From: TPA_inf: Saccharomyces
Taxonomy: Eukaryota
Direction of reading: 5' to 3'
Length of the DNA: 64,000 bases
Assembly: GCA_000146045.2 (NCBI GenBank)
Contig: BK006935.2
Location: 166,219-230,218, forward strand
Positions 56,946 through 64,000 of this stretch are shown in pieces. The notes under the pieces are model-generated. The model was given only the letters and a program-made list of their open reading frames with translations, ran no database searches and had not been told where the DNA came from. Each line of letters opens with the position of its first letter. The first letter of the stretch is position 1. The position numbers were made by a program, and so were the translations under genes.

Positions 56946-58957
56946 CATTTACTTTTATTTCGCGCGGTCGGTAAATTTTTCGTGGGTTTCTTTGAATCTA
57001 TTAGCCGACATAAGAATAATGCATAAATAATATTTTTAATGTCTTCCTATGCCCAAAAGAAGAAGTCTTGAAGTTGCCGCACATGGAAATCACATGACCA
57101 TGGCTTGGCCCTTCGTTTTAAATGCAACATGCAATATGGAATGTGTCATGAATACTATCAGCAGGAACAGAAAGCGTCGTTTTGTTTCTGCAAATGCTGT
57201 AGTTTTGGGCCGAAAATAGATGTAGTAGAATATATAGTGAAACGTGATGTACAAAAGAAAAAGGTAGTTTAAAAAAAATTAGATAACTTGGATTTTTACC
57301 CTGAATATTGCATGTGATTCGTAAAGAACTGAGTTACCTCAAACGGACCTCCCTTTTCATTTCGTATTCCGCGAATCATGAAGTCATGCAATTACCTCTG
57401 AAGAGCTGACTGTCCCAAAAGAAGCTATCGAATCTGTCCTTGATTTATTTAAGCCTTGCGTTTCGAGAAAGTGAAAACCAATTGAATACAAAATAAAAAA
57501 AAAGAAGAAAGAAATAGCAGGTCTAAGATATATAAGAAAGTTAATATCATTTTTGAACATTTTATTTTAGACGCCTTCAGCCGCGCGACGCCCGGAGTAA
57601 TCATATGCCCATGACTTTACCAAAAGGCAACAGGGAGGAACATGCATTAATGTGAAGCATCACTGCTGCAATTCTCGGTGTTGCTAATAATTCATGGATC
57701 GAGAAAGAGACATAACATTTAGGCCAATTTTTTGAATAAATATGAACTCAGCTAAGACTCGACAATACAATTTTCTTATACTAAACGTAGATTTATAAAA
57801 TAAACACAACTGTAAGGGCAATGCAACCGTAGATGCATATATCATTTATAGAAATTATATCCAACAGAAAGCTCAGACTTATATCCGGTTTAAGAGAGAA
57901 ATTCTTGCTCATATTACCCCAAGACCAGGTGGCGTGTTGAAGTTTATAACATATAAGAACTACTACCTCATGAATTCTAGTGGATGAAAGAAGCAGCACG
58001 AACACCATTTCTACAGACAACGACACATGGAAAGGTTCACCATTCCCAAAGAAAACAACGATGGCCACAAGGGTGTGGTCCTCCATTCTCCTACTGTTGG
58101 AAGGAGATATTATCCGACCGACTGTTTTGTGATATGGCAAACTATTTTTTTAAATGAGCAAAATTACTTCTTTTGGCTGGAAATGTCATTAGAAAGTGCC
58201 CAAGTGACATTTAGCTAAACTCGGGTATTGTCTACAAGACCGGTGCTGTGACCGTTTCCAATACGGAAAGAAACGGTACTGGGAGCAGGAGTTGCTTTTA
58301 CAGATATGAACAATGCCAATAGAGCCGCACATGTAATTACTGGTTCACACTCGTGGGGCCCACACGATTCCTGTGCAAAGTTTGACAAGAGGATGGAGTT
58401 TCACGTAAATGCTGCCAAAGGTGATGCGGTTTTGTTTTTGGGCAGCCTCTACCATGTTGCAAGTGCGAACCATACTGTGGCCACATAGATTACAAAAAAA
58501 GTCCAGGATATCTTGCAAACCTAGCTTGTTTTGTAAACGACATTGAAAAAAGCGTATTAAGGTGAAACAATCAAGATTATCTATGCCGATGAAAAATGAA
58601 AGGTATGATTTCTGCCACAAATATATAGTAGTTATTTTATACATCAAGATGAGAAAATAAAGGGATTTTTTCGTTCTTTTATCATTTTCTCTTTCTCACT
58701 TCCGACTACTTCTTATATCTACTTTCATCGTTTCATTCATCGTGGGTGTCTAATAAAGTTTTAATGACAGAGATAACCTTGATAAGCTTTTTCTTATACG
58801 CTGTGTCACGTATTTATTAAATTACCACGTTTTCGCATAACATTCTGTAGTTCATGTGTACTAAAAAAAAAAAAAAAAAAGAAATAGGAAGGAAAGAGTA
58901 AAAAGTTAATAGAAAACAGAACACATCCCTAAACGAAGCCGCACAATCTTGGCGTTC

Positions 58958-58963
58958 ACACGT
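58958..58963. promoter_or_regulatory. CACGTG E-box (candidate Pho4 site) ~280 bp upstream of PHO11
   Basis: Exact CACGTG in the PHO11 5' region. A TATA-like TATATAAG lies at about 59118. PHO-family acid phosphatase promoters use Pho4 E-boxes. Confidence 0.45.
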
Positions 58964-59241
58964 GGGTTTAAAAAGGCAAATTACACAGAATTTCAGACCC
59001 TGTTTACCGGAGAGATTCCATATTCCGCACGTCACATTGCCAAATTGGTCATCTCACCAGATATGTTATACCCGTTTTGGAATGAGCATAAACAGCGTCG
59101 AATTGCCAAGTAAAACGTATATAAGCTCTTACATTTCGATAGATTCAAGCTCAGTTTCGCCTTGGTTGTAAAGTAGGAAGAAGAAGAAGAAGAAGAGGAA
59201 CAACAACAGCAAAGAGAGCAAGAACATCATCAGAAATACCA

Positions 59242-60645
59242 ATGTTGAAGTCAGCCGTTTATTCAATTTTAGCCGCTTCTTTGGTTAATGCAGGTACCAT
59301 ACCCCTCGGAAAGTTATCTGACATTGACAAAATCGGAACTCAAACGGAAATTTTCCCATTTTTGGGTGGTTCTGGGCCATACTACTCTTTCCCTGGTGAT
59401 TATGGTATTTCTCGTGATTTGCCGGAAAGTTGTGAAATGAAGCAAGTGCAAATGGTTGGTAGACACGGTGAAAGATACCCCACTGTCAGCAAAGCCAAAA
59501 GTATCATGACAACATGGTACAAATTGAGTAACTATACCGGTCAATTCAGCGGAGCATTGTCTTTCTTGAACGATGACTACGAATTTTTCATTCGTGACAC
59601 CAAAAACCTAGAAATGGAAACCACACTTGCCAATTCGGTCAATGTTTTGAACCCATATACCGGTGAGATGAATGCTAAGAGACACGCTCGTGATTTCTTG
59701 GCGCAATATGGCTACATGGTCGAAAACCAAACCAGTTTTGCCGTTTTTACGTCTAACTCGAACAGATGTCATGATACTGCCCAGTATTTCATTGACGGTT
59801 TGGGTGATAAATTCAACATATCCTTGCAAACCATCAGTGAAGCCGAGTCTGCTGGTGCCAATACTCTGAGTGCCCACCATTCGTGTCCTGCTTGGGACGA
59901 TGATGTCAACGATGACATTTTGAAAAAATATGATACCAAATATTTGAGTGGTATTGCCAAGAGATTAAACAAGGAAAACAAGGGTTTGAATCTGACTTCA
60001 AGTGATGCAAACACTTTTTTTGCATGGTGTGCATATGAAATAAACGCTAGAGGTTACAGTGACATCTGTAACATCTTCACCAAAGATGAATTGGTCCGTT
60101 TCTCCTACGGCCAAGACTTGGAAACTTATTATCAAACGGGACCAGGCTATGACGTCGTCAGATCCGTCGGTGCCAACTTGTTCAACGCTTCAGTGAAACT
60201 ACTAAAGGAAAGTGAGGTCCAGGACCAAAAGGTTTGGTTGAGTTTCACCCACGATACCGATATTCTGAACTATTTGACCACTATCGGCATAATCGATGAC
60301 AAAAATAACTTGACCGCCGAACATGTTCCATTCATGGAAAACACTTTCCACAGATCCTGGTACGTTCCACAAGGTGCTCGTGTTTACACTGAAAAGTTCC
60401 AGTGTTCCAATGACACCTATGTTAGATACGTCATCAACGATGCTGTCGTTCCAATTGAAACCTGTTCTACTGGTCCAGGGTTCTCCTGTGAAATAAATGA
60501 CTTCTACGACTATGCTGAAAAGAGAGTAGCCGGTACTGACTTCCTAAAGGTCTGTAACGTCAGCAGCGTCAGTAACTCTACTGAATTGACCTTTTTCTGG
60601 GACTGGAATACCAAGCACTACAACGACACTTTATTAAAACAGTAA
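59242..60645 (+). CDS. PHO11: Secreted repressible acid phosphatase (histidine acid phosphatase), 467 aa
   Basis: Signal peptide MLKSAVYSILAASLVNA, the RHGERYP histidine-phosphatase signature, and many N-glycosylation sequons. PHO11/PHO12/PHO5 cannot be told apart from sequence alone; the call rests on position next to IMD1 and the telomere. Confidence 0.85.
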   Translation: MLKSAVYSILAASLVNAGTIPLGKLSDIDKIGTQTEIFPFLGGSGPYYSFPGDYGISRDLPESCEMKQVQMVGRHGERYPTVSKAKSIMTTWYKLSNYTGQFSGALSFLNDDYEFFIRDTKNLEMETTLANSVNVLNPYTGEMNAKRHARDFLAQYGYMVENQTSFAVFTSNSNRCHDTAQYFIDGLGDKFNISLQTISEAESAGANTLSAHHSCPAWDDDVNDDILKKYDTKYLSGIAKRLNKENKGLNLTSSDANTFFAWCAYEINARGYSDICNIFTKDELVRFSYGQDLETYYQTGPGYDVVRSVGANLFNASVKLLKESEVQDQKVWLSFTHDTDILNYLTTIGIIDDKNNLTAEHVPFMENTFHRSWYVPQGARVYTEKFQCSNDTYVRYVINDAVVPIETCSTGPGFSCEINDFYDYAEKRVAGTDFLKVCNVSSVSNSTELTFFWDWNTKHYNDTLLKQ

Positions 60646-61523
60646 ATAGATAATATGATTATGTAATTTTAGAAACTAATTATGAATACCGATTTATTTT
60701 TTTTTTTTTTTTTCACTTTTGCTGGCAAGAAATACGAAATTGCAATGACGATCACAGTCCAAAGAGGTAAGCACAAAGGCGCAGTATGTGATTACTCTAT
60801 CATTCTTTAGCAAAACCAGGATAGGAGTATATGTATAAGAAATATGCAACGCCATCATTTAATGCAATAGACACGACATGCCCTTTACATGAGGTGGTAC
60901 AATGTTTTAATATTGTGTCAGGGCAAGTACATGATAATATCGTTTAAAGATGATGCTAGAGTAAAAGTATGAAGTGAAAGAAAAGGGCAATTGATTGACT
61001 AAGCGGATGTTGTAGGATGATATAGTGGCTCATGATCTGTAAATGATCGGTTGACCGCAGTATTATATAATAACATCCGTATAAGTACATATACTACCAT
61101 GTCTGTTCTCTACATTGCTTTTTATTCAAGATTATTGGTTTTCCTAACCGCCGCGCCGCGCAGGTACCCCGCGCATCTCTTCTTCTCGAAGAAAGCGGAA
61201 AAAACAAAAAAAAAAGTATAAATAGTGGAGTCTTTTCCCATTTAACATTTAGAAAAAAATTCGAATGGAAATTTCTTGCCGAACATTTAACCGGAGACCC
61301 TTGGCGGCTTTTTCTCAGTTTCGTGGGCTAGTACATTTTACCTAGTATGCTGGGAACTTTTTTTCCGTATTCTATTCTATTCCTTGCCTTACTTTTCTTA
61401 TCATTTTTTATATAACCAATTTCAAAAATACTTTTTAACTGTCATAGACGCATTTTGTTTATTACAAATTAAAAGAATCAAATATAATATGTGCAATTAA
61501 TAACTCCACAAGTAGCGAAAGCA

Positions 61524-63099
61524 ATGGCCGCCATTAGAGACTACAAGACCGCACTAGATCTTACCAAGAGCCTACCAAGACCGGATGGTTTGTCAGTGCA
61601 GGAACTGATGGACTCCAAGATCAGAGGTGGGTTGGCTTATAACGATTTTTTAATCTTACCAGGTTTAGTCGATTTTGCGTCCTCTGAAGTTAGCCTACAG
61701 ACCAAGCTAACCAGGAATATTACTTTAAACATTCCATTAGTATCCTCTCCAATGGACACTGTGACGGAATCTGAAATGGCCACTTTTATGGCTCTGTTGG
61801 ATGGTATCGGTTTCATTCACCATAACTGTACTCCAGAGGACCAAGCTGACATGGTCAGAAGAGTCAAGAACTATGAAAATGGGTTTATTAACAACCCTAT
61901 AGTGATTTCTCCAACTACGACCGTTGGTGAAGCTAAGAGCATGAAGGAAAAGTATGGATTTGCAGGCTTCCCTGTCACGGCAGATGGAAAGAGAAATGCA
62001 AAGTTGGTGGGTGCCATCACCTCTCGTGATATACAATTCGTTGAGGACAACTCTTTACTCGTTCAGGATGTCATGACCAAAAACCCTGTTACCGGCGCAC
62101 AAGGTATCACATTATCAGAAGGTAACGAAATTCTAAAGAAAATCAAAAAGGGTAGGCTACTGGTTGTTGATGAAAAGGGTAACTTAGTTTCTATGCTTTC
62201 CCGAACTGATTTAATGAAAAATCAGAAGTACCCATTAGCGTCCAAATCTGCCAACACCAAGCAACTGTTATGGGGTGCTTCTATTGGGACTATGGACGCT
62301 GATAAAGAAAGACTAAGATTATTGGTAAAAGCTGGCTTGGATGTCGTCATATTGGATTCCTCTCAAGGTAACTCTATTTTCCAATTGAACATGATCAAAT
62401 GGATTAAAGAAACTTTCCCAGATTTGGAAATCATTGCTGGTAACGTTGTCACCAAGGAACAAGCTGCCAATTTGATTGCTGCCGGTGCGGACGGTTTGAG
62501 AATTGGTATGGGAACTGGCTCTATTTGTATTACCCAAAAAGTTATGGCTTGTGGTAGGCCACAAGGTACAGCCGTCTACAACGTGTGTGAATTTGCTAAC
62601 CAATTCGGTGTTCCATGTATGGCTGATGGTGGTGTTCAAAAACATTGGTCATATTATTACCAAAGCTTTGGCTCTTGGTTCTTCTACTGTTATGATGGGT
62701 GGTATGTTGGCCGGTACTACCGAATCACCAGGTGAATATCTCTATCAAGATGGTAAAAGATTGAAGGCGTATCGTGGTATGGGCTCCATTGACGCCATGC
62801 AAAAGACTGGTACCAAAGGTAATGCATCTACCTCCCGTTACTTTTCCGAATCAGACAGTGTTTTGGTCGCACAAGGTGTCTCTGGCGCTGTCGTTGACAA
62901 AGGATCCATTAAGAAATTTATTCCGTACTTGTACAATGGATTACAACATTCTTGTCAAGACATCGGCTGTAGGTCGTTAACTTTACTAAAGGAAAATGTC
63001 CAAAGCGGTAAAGTTAGATTTGAATTCAGAACCGCTTCTGCTCAACTAGAAGGTGGTGTTAATAACTTACATTCCTACGAAAAACGTTTACATAACTGA
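61524..63099 (+). pseudogene. IMD1: IMP dehydrogenase gene disrupted by a +1 frameshift (annotated as YAR073W plus YAR075W)
   Basis: [36 protein letters not shown]... is full-length IMPDH homology, with the CBS pair and the catalytic loop [11 protein letters not shown]. The frame is lost in the A-run at 62638-62642 (GGVQ then KHWSYYYQS). The -1 frame resumes [21 protein letters not shown]... and runs to the natural stop at 63099. Confidence 0.9.
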
Positions 63100-63192
63100 A
63101 TGTTAAATGGGATCATTAATACAATAGTACTGTACGTATGGCACCTGTACATACTGCGTTATAAATGTACTAATGGAATGATATATTAATAT

Positions 63193-63890
63193 ATAGTGTG
63201 TTTATACCTTATTATTGATGATTAGTATATATTTTTATATTTAGGTGATTTTAGTGGAGATTATTTGGTGGTAATTACACTAGTATACATAAAATGGGTA
63301 GTGGATATTTGTATAGAAAGGGCATTACGCATGGAGTTAAGAGTATTTACATGATAATTGGGGTTCCGTGATTCATTATAGATAATAAAACGTGGATAAT
63401 ATTGGGTGTTATAGGTAAATGGGACAGGGTATAGACCGCTGAGGCAAGTGCCGTGTATGGTGATGTGGTATGGTATCGAGTACCGATGGAGTGAGAGATG
63501 GCCTTGGTGTAGAGTATTATGGCGGGTAAGTTAGATGATGTATTGTTTACGTTATATTTGTTTAAATTGGATTTGTTTACATTAGATTTGTTTACATTTC
63601 AATATATCAATGGAGGGTATGTAGCATTATGGTAAGTAGCACGTGGTAGATGGGGATTGTAGGTGGATGGTAGGATGAGTGGTAGTGAGAGTTGGATAAG
63701 ATATATTGGGCAGGGGATAGATGGTTGTTGGGGTGTGGTGATGGATAGTGAGTGGATAGTGAGTGGATGGATGGTGGAGTGGGGGAATGAGACAGGGCAT
63801 GGGGTGGTGAGGTAAGTGCCGTGGATTGTGATGATGGAGAGGGAGGGTAGTTGACATGGAGTTAGAATTGGGTCAGTGTTAGTGTTAGTG
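63193..63890. repeat. Subtelomeric X element (core X plus short combinatorial repeats); no Y' element
   Basis: Non-coding, with TTAGGG-like and degenerate G-rich repeats (gggtag, ggtggatag) at 63600-63890 leading into the telomeric tract. Its position directly distal to IMD1 matches an X-only chromosome end. Confidence 0.6.
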
Positions 63891-63898
63891 TTAGTATT

Positions 63899-64000
63899 AG
63901 GGTGTGGTGTGTGGGTGTGGTGTGGGTGTGGGTGTGGGTGTGGGTGTGGGTGTGGGTGTGGTGTGGTGTGTGGGTGTGGTGTGGGTGTGGTGTGTGTGGG
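63899..64000. repeat. Telomeric TG1-3 / C1-3A repeats running to the end of the window
   Basis: Direct read: gggtgtggtgtgtgggtgtggtgtgggtgtgggtgtgg..., the irregular yeast telomerase product. Confidence 0.95.

Noticed and set aside
57793-58647. YAR069C and YAR070C-type ORFs (57793-58140, 58345-58647) between the cell-wall gene and PHO11
   Set aside because: They are short hydrophobic or low-complexity ORFs in the PHO11 upstream region. I found no evidence beyond being open.
1-64000. Possibility that the window is prokaryotic or organellar, or hides an operon-type defence system
   Set aside because: Intron-containing Pol III tRNA genes with T-run terminators, Ty LTRs, one gene per ORF with long AT-rich intergenic regions and a TG1-3 telomere make this unambiguously yeast nuclear DNA. 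No operon-like arrangement is present.

Overview
This window is budding-yeast (Saccharomyces cerevisiae-type) nuclear DNA: the distal ~64 kb of a chromosome arm ending in a telomere. By gene content and order it matches the right arm of chromosome I. The identification rests on intron-containing tRNA genes, Ty3 sigma and Ty1 delta LTRs at tRNA genes, a TG1-3 telomeric tract at the 3' end, and recognisable protein genes.

The protein genes run in this order: BUD14, ADE1, KIN3, CDC15, PAU7, then a DUP240 membrane-protein cluster (YAR023C, UIP3, YAR028W, PRM9, MST28) with two decayed copies, then YAT1, SWH1/OSH1, FLO1, a FLO pseudogene, an HPF1-like cell-wall gene split by a stop codon, PHO11 and the frameshifted IMD1.

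I found no novel multi-gene system. The notable content is instead a set of decaying or rearranged subtelomere-type genes, several of them apparently unannotated or under-described:
- a third, heavily decayed FLO-like relic preceded by the same ~400-bp element that sits upstream of FLO1 and of the YAR061W/YAR062W pseudogene (three dispersed copies, one coinciding with the dubious ORF YAR060C)
- a degenerate duplicate of the SWH1 3' end lying between SWH1 and FLO1
- single-nonsense interruptions of PAU7 and of the YAR066W gene, whose reading frame continues another ~1.3 kb
- a sharply bounded GC-rich island coextensive with YAT1
- 7-9 kb ORF-poor intervals on both sides of FLO1

The ORF track treats TTG as a start codon, so true starts were placed at internal ATGs where homology indicated. 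Coordinates I counted by hand, rather than taking from the ORF track, may be off by about 3 nt.
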